Assembly (NCBI GenBank): GCA_964016885.1
Contig: OZ024740.1
Coordinates: forward strand, 63,426,001-63,490,000
Direction of reading: 5' to 3'
DNA length: 64,000 bases
Origin: Eledone cirrhosa
Lineage: Eukaryota
In this document: piece by piece, positions 40,216 through 52,837 of the stretch
Layout of the letters: every line of letters begins with the position of its first letter
Numbering within the stretch: position 1 is the first letter of the stretch
The notes under the pieces: generated by a model
The model's database searches: none
What the model saw: only the letters and a program-made list of their open reading frames with translations
Told to the model about the DNA's origin: nothing
Program-made: the position numbers and the translations under genes

Positions 40216-43200
40216 CACCCAGCACCACCCTCCACTATCACCCCACTGCACAAACTCCCATTGCTGCCATTAACAAACAAACAAATTAACAACACACCAA
40301 AACAATTAAAACCATCCACTCTCGCCTCTACATTTTTGCTTAACGCCCAAGGCATCAGCCCTTCCACCAATACTCAAAAATGGAAGATCAAATTCCTGGA
40401 GGACTGGATTGATGTCCATCCAAACCACATCCCTTTCTTCGTCCTCACTGAAACCCATCTCAGTAACCTCCACTTGGAAGCCGAGGTGAAAGTGAAAAAT
40501 TTCAAAGCCATCCGTGCTGATCGCGCTGGCAGAAGAAAGGGCGGAACTGCCATTTATGTCCATAATTCTTTCTCAACAGAGGCTATGAACATATTCACTA
40601 ATGGATACTGTGAGGCAGTCACTGTATTCAGTCAAACCAACAACCTATTAGTAGTTGGGCTCTATAGGCCACCCCAAACGCCTGTACCATGCTTCAAGGA
40701 ATGCCTCAACAGCATAAAGTGTTTCATCCAAGAGTGTCACCCTGACAACATCTTAATGATGGGGGACTTCAACCTCCCCGGAGTTGACTGGTCCACAAAC
40801 ACCCTGCCACCAGGTTCTTCTGCCTCAACCTCTGACAGGGAAGCTGTGGAATCGCTTCTTGACTTCATGGATGATTTCTTCCTATCCCAACTAGTGCTCG
40901 AACCAACGAGGTGCCACAAAAACGTCCTAGACTTAATTTTCAGCAATCACACTGACAATATCCACAATATTGCAGTGGAGAAAACTCTACTCTCTGATCA
41001 TGACATGGTTCTCTGTGATCTGAGATTCCACCGTCCAATATACAAACCCAATGTCATTTCTCCTGTCCATCCGTTTGACGCTATGGATTTCCACAATGCA
41101 AACTGGGAAGCGATCAGTCATGATCTTGCACATGTCGACTGGTCCTTCACGCACACTCATACACCCACTAACATCAAAAAGTCCTGGCAGACATTTGTGG
41201 ACACTGTTACAAACATATGTGCTAAACACACCCCATTAAGAACTATAAACAAATCTAAGAGCAGAATCCCTAGAAATAGAAAAACGCTCATCAGAAAAAT
41301 TAAGAGAACGAACAAAAAAATCAACAATCTGAAATACTGTCAGCAGCAACACATCAACTTGACTGCCATTTCATCACTAGAGATTAAAAAACATAACCTC
41401 CAAAACAACATAATGTCCCTCATCAACAATCAGAGAAGAGCTGAAGAGGCCTGGGCCATTGAGAAGATCAAACTCAATCCCAAAGTGTTCTTTTCATTTG
41501 CAAAAAAACACAAAATCACTGGCTCTACTGTTGGCCCTCTAATTCATGAAAATGGCACTCTTCAAGACAATGCTAAAACCATGGGTGAGATACTGCAGAA
41601 ACAATACTGCTCTGTTTTCAGCAATCCTGATATGGCCGATCTGGGCTGTATCGGCGATGTTACTCCCCATTACACCTTATCGGACATAACGTTTGGCGCC
41701 CCTGATGTCTTGGCGGCAATAAAGGAAATCAAGCATAATTCAGCAGTAGGTCCCGATAGGTTCCCTGCTTGTGTCTTGAAGGCGTGTCAACACCAACTTG
41801 CTTCTCCTCTTGCCAATCTGTGGCGGAACTCACTGGATGCTGGATATGTGCCAGAAAACCTTCTATCCCAGTCTGTTGTCCCAGTTTTCAAAAAGGGAAA
41901 CAAATCCCTTGCCGTGAATTACCGTCCAATCTCACTCACCTCTCATATCATTAAGGTATTTGAGCGAGTGGTGAGATCGCGAATGACCCACTTCCTTGAG
42001 AGTAACAATATGCTGAACTCCAACCAGCATGGATTCCGTAATGGAAGGGATTGCCTGACGCAACTACTGCATCACTTTGATGACATTTTGAGAGCCTTGG
42101 GAGAGGGTTCCAACACTGATGTTATCTACCTTGATTTCAGCAAGGCCTTTGACAGGGTTGATCATAACATTCTACTGAGAAAGCTGTCCAATATTGGTGT
42201 CACTGGAAAGCTGCTGCAGTGGATCAAGAGCTTCCTGTCAAACAGAACCCAACATGTTGTAGTTGAGGGAGTCAAATCAAGCCCAGCCAAAGTCAGTAGT
42301 GGAGTCCCACAAGGCACTGTGTTGGGCCCACTTCTCTTCATCATCTATATTAATGACATCACTGACATCATCAAACACAGCAACATTAAAATTTTCGCTG
42401 ATGATTCCAAGCTCCAAAAGGTCATCAATGGCGTGGATGACCGGATAAGCCTTCAGTCAGACCTACTGGCTGTTACCCAATGGGCAGAAAAGAACAACAT
42501 GTTACTGAACGAAGACAAATTCGAACTGATCCACTTTGGAAAAGAGGATGCTCTGAAACTCCCGTACTCCCTTCCCTCCGGGGAAACTCTCGTGGCATCT
42601 AACAACATCAGAGACTTGGGAGTAACCGTGGACAGCAACATAAGCTGGACCACGCATATAAGCAGCAAAGTTGACATGGCCCGCAGAATGTGTTCCTGGA
42701 TCCTCAGAACCTTCCAGTCGAGAGATTCCCGCACCATTATCCTTCTCTTCTCTACTTTCGCCCGACCACACCTTGAATACTGTTGTCCACTGTGGTCTCC
42801 CCACACGAAACAAAGTATCATGAAACTTGAAGCTCCTCAAAGGGCAATCACGAAAAAGATAGATGGCATGTCAGACCTTGACTACTGGGGTCGATTGGAA
42901 AACCTGAAACTTTACTCACTCCAACGTCGCCGTGAGCGTTATATTATCTGCATGATGTGGAAAATGTTCCATCATCACTGCCCAAATGATGTTGGCATCG
43001 CCTTCAAGATACACCCAAGGCTTGGGCCCCGTGCTATCCGTCCCATTCAAAAATCTAAATCGCAACTCATAACAACAATACGGCACAATTATTTCACCTC
43101 AATCGGCCCTGCTCTCTTCAACATCACACCAGGACACGTCAAAATAGAAACTGACCACACAAAATTCAAGATGTCTTTGGACAAATTCCTCCAAGTAATC

Positions 43201-43281
43201 CCGGACAAACCACCCACACCCGGATATGTCTCCGCAAACAGTAATTCTCTTCTCGAATGGGCCATGGTGCCCAAATCCTGA
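40216..43281 (+). CDS. Uninterrupted ORF2 (APE endonuclease + reverse transcriptase, about 1020 codons) of a CR1/L2-group LINE; element extends to about 43368
   Basis: [27 protein letters not shown] (EN); [34 protein letters not shown] (RT); no stop until 43279-43281; short 3' UTR ending in a TTCAAAGTTA duplicate. ORF1 is absent. Confidence 0.93.
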   Translation, partial: HPAPPSTITPLHKLPLLPLTNKQINNTPKQLKPSTLASTFLLNAQGISPSTNTQKWKIKFLEDWIDVHPNHIPFFVLTETHLSNLHLEAEVKVKNFKAIRADRAGRRKGGTAIYVHNSFSTEAMNIFTNGYCEAVTVFSQTNNLLVVGLYRPPQTPVPCFKECLNSIKCFIQECHPDNILMMGDFNLPGVDWSTNTLPPGSSASTSDREAVESLLDFMDDFFLSQLVLEPTRCHKNVLDLIFSNHTDNIHNIAVEKTLLSDHDMVLCDLRFHRPIYKPNVISPVHPFDAMDFHNANWEAISHDLAHVDWSFTHTHTPTNIKKSWQTFVDTVTNICAKHTPLRTINKSKSRIPRNRKTLIRKIKRTNKKINNLKYCQQQHINLTAISSLEIKKHNLQNNIMSLINNQRRAEEAWAIEKIKLNPKVFFSFAKKHKITGSTVGPLIHENGTLQDNAKTMGEILQKQYCSVFSNPDMADLGCIGDVTPHYTLSDITFGAPDVLAAIKEIKHNSAVGPDRFPACVLKACQHQLASPLANLWRNSLDAGYVPENLLSQSVVPVFKKGNKSLAVNYRPISLTSHIIKVFERVVRSRMTHFLESNNMLNSNQHGFRNGRDCLTQLLHHFDDILRALGEGSNTDVIYLDFSKAFDRVDHNILLRKLSNIGVTGKLLQWIKSFLSNRTQHVVVEGVKSSPAKVSSGVPQGTVLGPLLFIIYINDITDIIKHSNIKIFADDSKLQKVINGVDDRISLQSDLLAVTQWAEKNNMLLNEDKFELIHFGKEDALKLPYSLPSGETLVASNNIRDLGVTVDSNISWTTHISSKVDMARRMCSWILRTFQSRDSRTIILLFSTFARPHLEYCCPLWSPHTKQSIMKLEAPQRAITKKIDGMSDLDYWGRLENLKLYSLQRRRERYIICMMWKMFHHHCPNDVGIAFKIHPRLGPRAIRPIQKSKSQLITTIRHNYFTSIGPALFNITPGHVKIETDHTKFKMSLDKFLQVIPDKPPTPGYVSANSNSLLEWAMVPKS

Positions 43282-43365
43282 ATTGAAAGACTTCGCCAGG
43301 TGGTGCTATTAAGTTAGACATGGCCTGGGCCAATACTGGCCAAAACATTTCAAAGTTATTCAAAG

Positions 43366-43386
43366 TTATATGTATATATATATATG

Positions 43387-43417
<31 letters not shown>

Positions 43418-43548
43418 GTATATATATGTATATATATATGTATATATATATGTATATATATATGTATGTATATATATATATGTATATATATATATGTATA
43501 TATATGTATATATATATATATATATGTATATATATGTATATGTATATA

Positions 43549-43597
<49 letters not shown>

Positions 43598-43784
43598 GTA
43601 TATGTATATATATGTATATATATATATATGTATATATATATATGTATATATGTATATGTATATATATGTATATATGTATATATATGTATATGTATATATA
43701 TGTATATATGTATATATATGTATATATGTATATATATGTATATATGTATATATATGTATATATATATATATGTATATATATATG

Positions 43785-43839
<55 letters not shown>

Positions 43840-43850
43840 GTATATATATA
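43366..43850. repeat. (TA)n/(TATG)n microsatellite
   Basis: Direct inspection; continues the array on the other side of the LINE. Confidence 0.97.
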
Positions 43851-43864
43851 AATATGTGTGTCTG

Positions 43865-44015
43865 TATATAATAATTGTTTCTAGTTTTGGCACAAGGCCA
43901 GCAATTAACTCGTACATTACTGGTACTTTATTTTATCGACCCTGTAAAATAAAGTACCAGTAATGTACTAGGTAATTGCTGGCCTTGTGCCAAAAGTAGA
44001 AACAATTATTATATA
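43865..44015. repeat. SINE-derived hairpin, copy 2
   Basis: Same arms and same fold-back point as 35772-35920; loop TCGACCCTG at 43936-43944. Confidence 0.9.
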
Positions 44016-44037
44016 TACACACACGCACACACACACA

Positions 44038-44142
<105 letters not shown>

Positions 44143-44183
44143 ATAATAATAAAGAAATTTTATTTATATGCTTTGTATATATT

Positions 44184-45146
44184 ACTAGACATGAAAAATG
44201 CGCAAGCTCAAAAGTGCCACAGAATGTTATAATAAACCTTCAAAAGTGTGGGACTAGAGTTGTTGCTAAAAAATATTGTAATCATTATATATCGTACATT
44301 CTGTGGCATCCTTTATAAAAATAGCTTAAACCAACGAAGCCTTTATTTTTACGCTATTTCACTTAGTTAATTCTTAGAGTGTAACATATAAAAATATGAT
44401 TTACAACTATAAAATAAATTAATTAATATAATAACAGAGCTGCGGAGCTGAAATTTAGGAAATAATGGAGTATCGGATCCTGAGTTGGAGCCAGTCAATT
44501 TTTGACCGACTCCGCAGCCCTGTATAATACATTTCATATTAAAGCTATTAATAAACCTATTTTACACTTCATGCAAATTACCACGAGATATTGATATTAG
44601 ATATAAGATACAGCGCAATATCTACAGCTGTAAAAGTACGAAAGCGAAGTAATAATAAGTGGCTTAAGGTAATTCCAATATGAAAGTTTGTAGTGATAAA
44701 AATTTGATAATGCAATACGATTGTTAATATTATAGTTCTATGAAAATGTAACAATAACAATAGATAACTAAATTATTTTACTATTAGTATATTTAAGAAA
44801 TTATCATTATAGATTTGATCGTTCATATAAGCATCATATTAAGTTTCAACACAATTATTTTGTTACTATGAGTATATGATAATAATATTACGTAATTATT
44901 TATAGCTGTTATTACATTAAACATAGATGTATTTATTTTTATATGTTACACTCTAAGAATTAACTAAGTGAAATAGCGTAAAAATAAAGGCTTCGTTGGT
45001 TTAAGCTATTTTTATAAAGGATGCCACAGAATGTACGATATATAATGATTACAATATTTTTTAGCAACAACTCTAGTCCCACACTTTTGAAGGTTTATTA
45101 TAACATTCTGTGGCACTTTTGAGCTTGCGCATTTTTCATGTCTAGT
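44184..45146. mobile_element. Foldback/MITE element with 213-bp terminal inverted repeats
   Basis: 44184-44396 (ACTAGACATGAAAAATGCGC...) is the reverse complement of 44934-45146 with no mismatch noticed; AT-rich non-coding interior; TSD not resolved. Confidence 0.9.
44435..44522. mobile_element. 88-bp hAT-type MITE nested in the foldback element
   Basis: TIRs CAGAGCTGCGGAG / CTCCGCAGCCCTG; 8-bp flanks TATAATAA / TATAATAC (7 of 8 match). Confidence 0.75.
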
Positions 45147-45702
45147 TTAATATTTTTTTAAGGCAACGCTTGTAATAACTCTAGTTAAACAGGATATATA
45201 TTAATAATAAATTATCGTTGTAATGTAATTAGATTATGTAATTGTTATTATAAATTATCTTATAAATATTAGTGTAAGATGTATAAAAATATTTTCAGAC
45301 TTTTAATATAAACAACTACAAAAAACAATCAATATTAAATCAATATATTATACATAATAGAAAACATAAAATATACAATACAAAAACAAAATATTTACAT
45401 ACAATTGCAATTATCAGTGTATATACATTTTCTTTATATTCCCTGAGCAAATTAATAAGATTTGTTTTTATTGTACATAATTTGATGACTTGTTGGAGTG
45501 TATTAAAAGATAGCAACAATTTGTGATTAAATTGTTATCTTAAGCAACTCACTTTTTAATAGTTGTTGGCTGAGCGAAATTGTAAAAGCCTATGAGCAAA
45601 TATAAAAAAAAATACACAAACAACATTTCCTTGTGTTATTACAACATTAGATAAAATAATTGAGCAATGTCGTTATATTTTGCTCTTATTGCACATTAAT
45701 AG

Positions 45703-45865
45703 TGTTTCTATTTTTCGGCACAAATCCATTACGGCAGTCCATTACTGGTACTTTATTTTATCGAATTAGTAAGTATGAAAGTCGAAGTTAACCTCGGCAG
45801 GATTTGAACTTAGAATGCAAAGGACCATAACAATACTGCAAAGCATGGTGTCTGACGCTCTACCA
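45703..45865 (-). mobile_element. Degenerate SINE (family of 46552)
   Basis: CATTACTGGTACTTTATTTTATCGA..GTTAACCTCGGCAGGATTTGAACT. Confidence 0.75.
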
Positions 45866-46263
45866 ATACTTGTGTTGAGCTGGTCATTAATTTATGGTGG
45901 TCGTGCGTGGAGTAGAGCAATCGCTAGTTGAAATATTATGAACAAAACATTTTTATTTGCCGAAGAACATATTTTCAATACTGTTTGTGAATGTGACGAA
46001 GGAAATACATTCTGATATGGAACAGTGTACAAAGTGTGTCTGTGAATAACATAATGTTACCTCATGTTGTTGTCAAGACATAATGGATTTCGTTTATCCA
46101 GTTAGAAGATGAAACCTAGCCATCTCGGATTAGTTATATTTCATGCCATGTGTAAACGTGTTTGAGGATAGCAAAATATGCGCGTTAATTATAATAATTA
46201 GTTAATAATATTACAAAATATACCTAATTAAACTCTTTGCTTGAAATTTTATCATTCTTCGTT

Positions 46264-46264
<1 letters not shown>

Positions 46265-46323
<59 letters not shown>
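46265..46323. repeat. (AG)n microsatellite
   Basis: About 29 AG units. Confidence 0.95.
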
Positions 46324-46327
<4 letters not shown>

Positions 46328-46551
46328 TCTAGTCCTTCGCTCAAGATTAATCTATAAGTTTAGATGTTTGCCTTCGTTTAAGTAAATATTACAGTAAGAT
46401 TTTTAATATAAACAACTGCAAAAAACAATTAATATTAAAACGAAAAAATTATCAATGATAAAAGAAGCGGATGCAACTTTTTTTTTTATAAAGTTATATT
46501 CCTGTTTCTTTAAAGAACATTTCATTTTTGTTCTATTGTAGGCGAAATAAT

Positions 46552-46737
46552 TGTTTCTACTTTAGGCACAAGGCCAGCAAATTACCCAGTACATTACTGG
46601 TACTTTATTTTATCGACCCCGTAAGGATGAAAGGCAAAGTTAACCTCGGCGGGATTTGAACTCAGACTGTAAAGGGACGTAACTATGCTAGAAAGCATGG
46701 CGTCCAACCCTCTACCGATACTGCCAATTCACCGCCC
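46552..46737 (-). mobile_element. Full-length tRNA-derived SINE with TSD
   Basis: Minus-strand B box GAGTTCAAATCC; exact 15-bp TSD TGTAGGCGAAATAAT at 46537-46551 and 46738-46752. Confidence 0.92.
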
Positions 46738-47869
46738 TGTAGGCGAAATAATGCAATGGTTTAATAGGGAAGATATAACTTACGAATTATGTCTCTAACC
46801 GTGTAACGCTTTTTAAGTAGATAACTACAATTGAAAATACTAAAGAAATGGAACCAACAATTCAATTTGAAAGTCGTCTAGTGACAGTGTATTACTGGTA
46901 CTTTATTTTATCGACCCCGTAACGATGAAAGGCAAAAATGCAAATGCTTAAAATTTAAATTGCCTTAATTCTATCGTCTGCTGTTTCATTAAAGGGAGAT
47001 TATCGTCTGTATTTAATTCTATCGTCTACTGTTCCACTAAACAGATATACCTCCACTATCGTCTCTATTTATACATTTTAACTTATAACTTATACACATT
47101 TGATTTGAAATATTTTATCTAGTCCCCCCTCTCAATATTATGATGATTTCTTTCGAATGAAACAGTTCTAGTCCTGTAGAAGCCATTTATATATATAATT
47201 GAACTGAGTTAAAAATTCACAATATTTATAATTAAATAAGCTCATATATATATGTGTGTATTTATCTGTTTATTGTATTATATATAATGTGTGTATATAC
47301 AGGATGTCCCCCAAAAATATATACACACTTCAACAGCATTCTAATAACTATTGCCTGTACAGGTAATCAAAGTGTCAATCGAATGTTAGTTTCGTGTTTT
47401 AACAGTACAAATTTACAATACACACATAAAACCAGTGTATATACATACATGAGTGTGTATACACATACATGAATGTGTATATACAATATATATGTATATA
47501 TATATATAGACACATGTATTCACGGTGCAACGGTACATTAAAATATAGATGCGGGAGAGGGGGTGTATATATAGGGGCGCTGGGGATAAAGGAGTGTAAA
47601 GCGTGTGTAATTGATATATTGAAGGAGAGGAGCGTGCAGCGATAGAGTAACAAATATATAGAGAGGGGGAGAGATGGTATTGAAGGGGAGGAGTGCAAAG
47701 CGAAAGAGTAAGAGATATAAATAGAGACGGAACAGATAGAGAGAAACAGGCGTAAGTAACAGTGGAAGAGATATAGAGAGAGGTACTCTGATTGGTTGAA
47801 AATTAGCCAATCACATACGATCACCACCACGGCTATCCCCGAAAAATTTTTAAAGAAGCTAGGCATATA

Positions 47870-47923
47870 TGTTAGAACACGAAAAGTGAACATTCTGTGT
47901 TTCACACTTTTCGTGTTCTAACA
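47870..47923. repeat. Perfect 19-bp inverted repeat with 16-nt spacer
   Basis: TGTTAGAACACGAAAAGTG (47870-47888) / CACTTTTCGTGTTCTAACA (47905-47923). Confidence 0.85.
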
Positions 47924-48013
47924 GATATATACACAAATAATGAATCTGTATATTAAAACATCGTTTGTATTATTCAATCAGTTTATTGAACAACTAGAAT
48001 GCTCATCGTCAAG

Positions 48014-48092
<79 letters not shown>

Positions 48093-48372
48093 ATGTGTGT
48101 ATGTATGTATGAATCTATATATATGTATGTATATCTATGTATATGTGTGTGTATGCATATGTGTGTGTATGCATGTGTGTGTATGTATATATATATGTAT
48201 ATATATATATATGAAGGTAAATTAACGGAGCCATAGAGTCGCGTTATTCCCTGTAAACTATGTGCTCAAAGGGAAAGGAATCCTATACATATTGTATATG
48301 TATATATATATATGCATGTATATATATGTATATGTGTATTTATATATATGTATATGTGTGTATGTATGTATA

Positions 48373-51060
48373 TCATCATCATCATCGTTTAACGTCCATC
48401 TTCCACGCTTGCATGGGTTTGGACGGGAGTTTCCCCACTTGAGGCAAGAGTGGTTGTCTTGCTCGTATAGGACTGTCTGGCGGGTTTTCTACGGATGGAT
48501 GCCCTTCCTAACACCAACCACGTTTACAGTGTGGACTGGGGAGTTTTTACCGTGTTACCTACGCGGCCACATTACAGCGTGGACTGTGTTTTTTTGTCGT
48601 GTCACCTACACGACCTCATTTGTTTCGGACTGGATGATGTGGTACCAACATAACTTTACATTAAAAGGGGTGGGGGTAGTGGGACGGGGCTGTATTTTTG
48701 TGAGAGGTGCCTACTGACTGTGGTAGGTTTCACTTTCTACTTAGGTAAGGCTTCCATGTTTGGAATTTCTTCTCTAGTTCAGCCATTGATTCAGCTATGA
48801 GCGTTAGATCATCTGCGTATAGGAGTTCCCATGGGCAGCCGGTCTTGAACTCCACTGCTATAGCCTGAAGGGCAATAATAAATAGTAGGGGGCTAAGAAC
48901 GGAGCTCTGATGAACACCAACTTTTTCGTTAAACTCTTCACTATATTCATTGTTAATTCTAACCTTGCTGACTGTTTCTTTATACATGGCTTGTATAGCT
49001 CTCACAAGCCATTCATCAACACCTAGTTTTCTAAGAGCCCACCAGATAATGGAACGGGGGACTCTGTCAAAGGCTTTCTCCAAGTCGACAAAAGCTAAGT
49101 ATAGGGGTTTACTTTTAGCTAGGTACTTCTGTAGTTGTCGCACAATGAAAAGAGCTTCTGTGGTACTTTTACCTGACACAAACCCGAACTGCATTTCATC
49201 TAGATCAATTCGCTCTCTGATTAGTTGTGCTATTACTTTTTCTGTGACCTTCATGACCTGGTCGATTAATTTAATGCCTCTATAGTTACCCATATCTAGG
49301 GCATCTCCTTTAGCCTTGTAGCAGTTAATGATGATGCTGCTAAGCCAGTTCTTCAGAACAACCCCACTCTGTATATCTTGGTTTACTCTCCTGGTGACCA
49401 TAGTGTGTCCCACCGTTCCAGATGCTTTCAGCATTTCAGCAACTATTTCCGAAGGCCCAGCCGCCTTACCCGTCTTCATATCTTTGATTGCCTTACTTAT
49501 TATACTACCTTCAACTAGCACTGCTGGTCCCTCTATTGGGTCGATGTGGGGGAGGCTGTCTATCTCCCATTTATTCTCCTCATTTAGTCGCCTTTCGTAG
49601 TGACACTTCCAAGCTACCTTCTTATCAGCGTCAGTGATGGCAAGTATACCATCATCATTAAGGACACACTTCTCCCCGACAATATCACGGTTTTCCTTGA
49701 CACATTGCCTAGCAATCCTGAACACCTCACGTTTTTGGTCCTCGCGTTGTAGAACATGCTTGAACTTTCTTTCCTCTGCTTCCCTTCTTGCGAAGTACAC
49801 TTGTCTCCTAGCTTCCCTCCTGGCCACTTGATAGTCTTCTCTACTTCCCCCATCCCGCCATACTTTCCAAGCCTGCTTTTTGGCCTTAATTGACTCCTCC
49901 ACCTTATTGTTCCACCACCACGTTACTCTCCTCCTGCCTATAGGCCTGCTCCAGCCGCAGACTTTATCTGTCGCCATCAGCAGGTTTGCTTTCAGGAATT
50001 CCCACTGTTCCTCTATATTGTAAGACTCTAATTGCTCTTCCTTACTTTCGAAAGCATCAAGTTATTACTGGCTGTGGGGTCCTTTAGCTTTCATATTTTT
50101 CTCCTGAGGATAGTCCTCTTCTGTTGTCGAGAACGTCTCGTCCTGACTATGAGGTCGCTAATTATGAGTTTATGTTGAGAGGTGCATTCTTCATGGGGGA
50201 GGGATTTAGTGTTTACAATAGACACTCTGTCACGTCTTCTGGTAAGGATATCTACCTGGCTGGTATGTTCCCCTGATCTGTAGGTGATCAAGTGATTGTC
50301 TCGCTTTTTGAAGTTAGTGTTACAGATAGTTAGGTTATTTGCGTCACAGAATTCCAAGATTCTGGAGCCTTCCTCATTTCTAGTACCAAACCCATAGCCT
50401 CCATGGATTCCGTCATAGCCGTCACAATGTTGTCCAACGTGACCATTTAGGTCGCCAGCAATAATTATATAGTCATTGTCGGTTATTTGGGAGGTAGTGA
50501 GCATCAGTCTCATAGAATCTGTCTTTTATAGCGCCAGGCAGTCCGGATTGGGGTTCGTACGCAAATATTAGTCACAGTAGTTCTATTTAGAACAAGTCTT
50601 ATTTTAATTATTCTGTCGCTCACTCTATTTACGTCTATTATCTTATCCACCCATTTTTCTGCTAACATGATTCCTACCCCACCCAGCTCATTGTCACCCC
50701 CCCCCCCATAAAAGTTTATAGCATCGTTTTTTACCCACAATGAATCTAGCAGACCCGCCCCTCCACCTGGTCTCTTGGATACAGCAAACATCAACCTCCT
50801 TACGTTCAAGCATTTCTACAACCTTGTTAGAGCGACCTTTTAAGGTGCCTACATTCATGGTACCAACTCTGAAGTTTTGGATTGCGTTTGGTGGGTGGGG
50901 AGCGGTGAGGGGTTGGGGTTATGTCCGGCAGCATGAGGTGAATTTGTCGTTATCTTTGGCATTGTCTCTGAGTGTCCAGATTCTTCAGACTCCCGAATTC
51001 CTTAGTCCATCCATCATATCGAAAAGCAACCAGAGGTGATAGCATAGGCCGCTGACTTAT
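48373..51060 (-). mobile_element. RTE-clade LINE with EN and RT, frameshifted and internally deleted
   Basis: EN: VGTMNVGTLKGR, AGDLNGHVG, SQHKL. RT: NYRGIKL, FVDLEKAFDRVPR, LLYADD. The RT joins directly to the 3' UTR near 48750; (GAT)n tail at 48373-48386. The 5' boundary is approximate. Confidence 0.92.
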
Positions 51061-51450
51061 GATTGGTCCAAATAATAATGGTGGAGAGTGGGGGCGGGCG
51101 GGAGGGGTACGGGGTAGTTAGCGAGCGAGGAGAAGGTTTTAAATATAGCATATAACTGTAACAAGCGATATACTGGGATTTTAAAATACACAAGATTATT
51201 TAGAACAGCCAGACAGAATTATAGAATAGCATTGAGAAAGTAGGATTGGATTCTGGGCGATTATACAGATATCTGGATGAATGAACCGAAGGGTGGGGAG
51301 ACAAGAAGAAAATGGTATTTTTATATTACATTTCGTAGAAGTGTATATATGAATGTATATATATATGTATGTGTATATATATAGATGTAATCTGAATTTT
51401 ATAGATGTAATATGAATAGTATGGTAGAATATTAAGTGTTAAATATTAAT

Positions 51451-51489
51451 TGAACAAGTACTTTCATGCTTTCGCAATCTTCAGGTTCA
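51451..51489 (-). ncRNA. Minimal type I hammerhead ribozyme
   Basis: Minus strand reads TGAAC-CTGAAGA-T-TGC-GAAA-GCA-T-GAAA-GTAC-TT-GTTCA: stem I TGAAC/GTTCA, GAAA-capped stem II, palindromic stem III AGTACT, CUU cleavage triplet. Confidence 0.85.
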
Positions 51490-52411
51490 TATTCTGTGGT
51501 GACAGTCAAGTTTGCAATTTTCAACTGTAATGAGATGGGTAAATTTTGTGCCTTATATACAGTAAAAAGCGGCTACAGAATGCTAAATTTTGCAAACTGT
51601 ATTTCGACCAATTGGTGTGTAGTTTCACTGGATTACTGAAGCTGATTGGTTTAGGCGTCATGGTTAGTTGAGCATGTCTAACGACTTCTATTTGGCTCTA
51701 TCCAAAGCATCAATTGTTTTGCTATTTTTAGAAATGATGTAAATAGCATTTTCTAGGGTTTTTATTCCCCTAAGAATTATTATTGTTCATTTAGCTTGGG
51801 TTGGAATTTATCAATAAAATTCTTTTCTTTGATTTTTCTCTTGATTTCACTTGGCCTGTGTAATTTGTAGAATGGAAATATAAATATTTTCTGACCACAT
51901 GTTGCTAGATGGTTACTCAGAGGTATCTGACGGACATTTGGGTCTCTGATTTGCTGTCGGTGCACCCGTGCACGTTCCGATAGTGCATTTCCAGTTTGAC
52001 CGACATATAGTTCTTCACAATTCGGGCATTTAATGCAGTAAATTAGATTTCTGCTTTTGCAGTTCATATTTGCATTTGGGAATATTTTTCAAAATTCCAA
52101 CCCAAGCTAAATGAACAATAATAATTCTTAGGGGTATAAAAACCTTAGAAAATGCTATTTTCAGCATTTCTAAAAATAACAAAACAATTGATGCTTTGAA
52201 TAGGGCCAAATAAAGGTCATTAGACATGCCTAACCAACCGTGTAGCCTAAACCAATCAGCTTCAGTAATCCAGTGAAACTACACACCGATTGGTCGAAAT
52301 ACAGTTTGCAAAATGTAGCATTCTGTAGCCGCTTTTCACTGTATATAAGGTACAAAATTTACCCATCTCATTACAGTTGAAAATTGTAAACTTGACTGTC
52401 ACCACAGAATA

Positions 52412-52450
52412 TGAACCTGAAGATTGCGAAAGCATGAAATTACTTGTTCA
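52412..52450 (+). ncRNA. Type I hammerhead ribozyme, inverted duplicate (stem III mutated)
   Basis: TGAAC-CTGAAGA-TTGCGAAAGCAT-GAAA-TTAC-TT-GTTCA; the G-to-T change breaks the stem III palindrome. Confidence 0.7.
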
Positions 52451-52609
52451 ATTAACACTTAACACTTAATATTCTACCATACTATTTCATTCTAATACCA
52501 TTATAATTTTAAAGGATTGTAAATAAAACTAGTAAATCAGACAAAGTTGGAATTCCTTTTATTAATATAATCTTCTATACACAATCATACACACTCATGT
52601 ATATTTATT

Positions 52610-52645
<36 letters not shown>

Positions 52646-52701
52646 GCTTTTAAGCTATTTTGTAGTATCTCTGTTCAGGAACACACCACTTATATTAAAT
52701 T

Positions 52702-52836
52702 TATCTCCCTGGAGCTTTGTAAAAGTCTGAGAGATTGACTACATATGTTTTATATATTTTTTTTTTGTTTAGATGGAAGACAAAACAAAGAAGATGAATA
52801 CAAAGATGAAGAAGATAAAGATAAAGATGAAGAACC
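52702..52836 (+). other. Exon-like cassette 1 (hairpin, polypyrimidine tract, AG acceptor, GAA-rich sequence)
   Basis: TATCTCC..GAGAGAT, T-tract, TTTAG|ATGG at 52772/52773; paralogous to 55972 and 56368. Confidence 0.4.
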
Positions 52837-52837
52837 T

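Larger units (their letters stand above)
51415..52486 (-). mobile_element. Penelope-like element 3' fragment (GIY-YIG, tentatively Neptune-like) with an inverted duplicate of its 3' terminal repeat
   Basis: ORF 51780-52067 NCKSRNLIYCIKCPNCEELYVGQTG..LSERARVHR; arms 51415-51809 and 52092-52486 (about 395 bp) are reverse complements. Confidence 0.9.
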
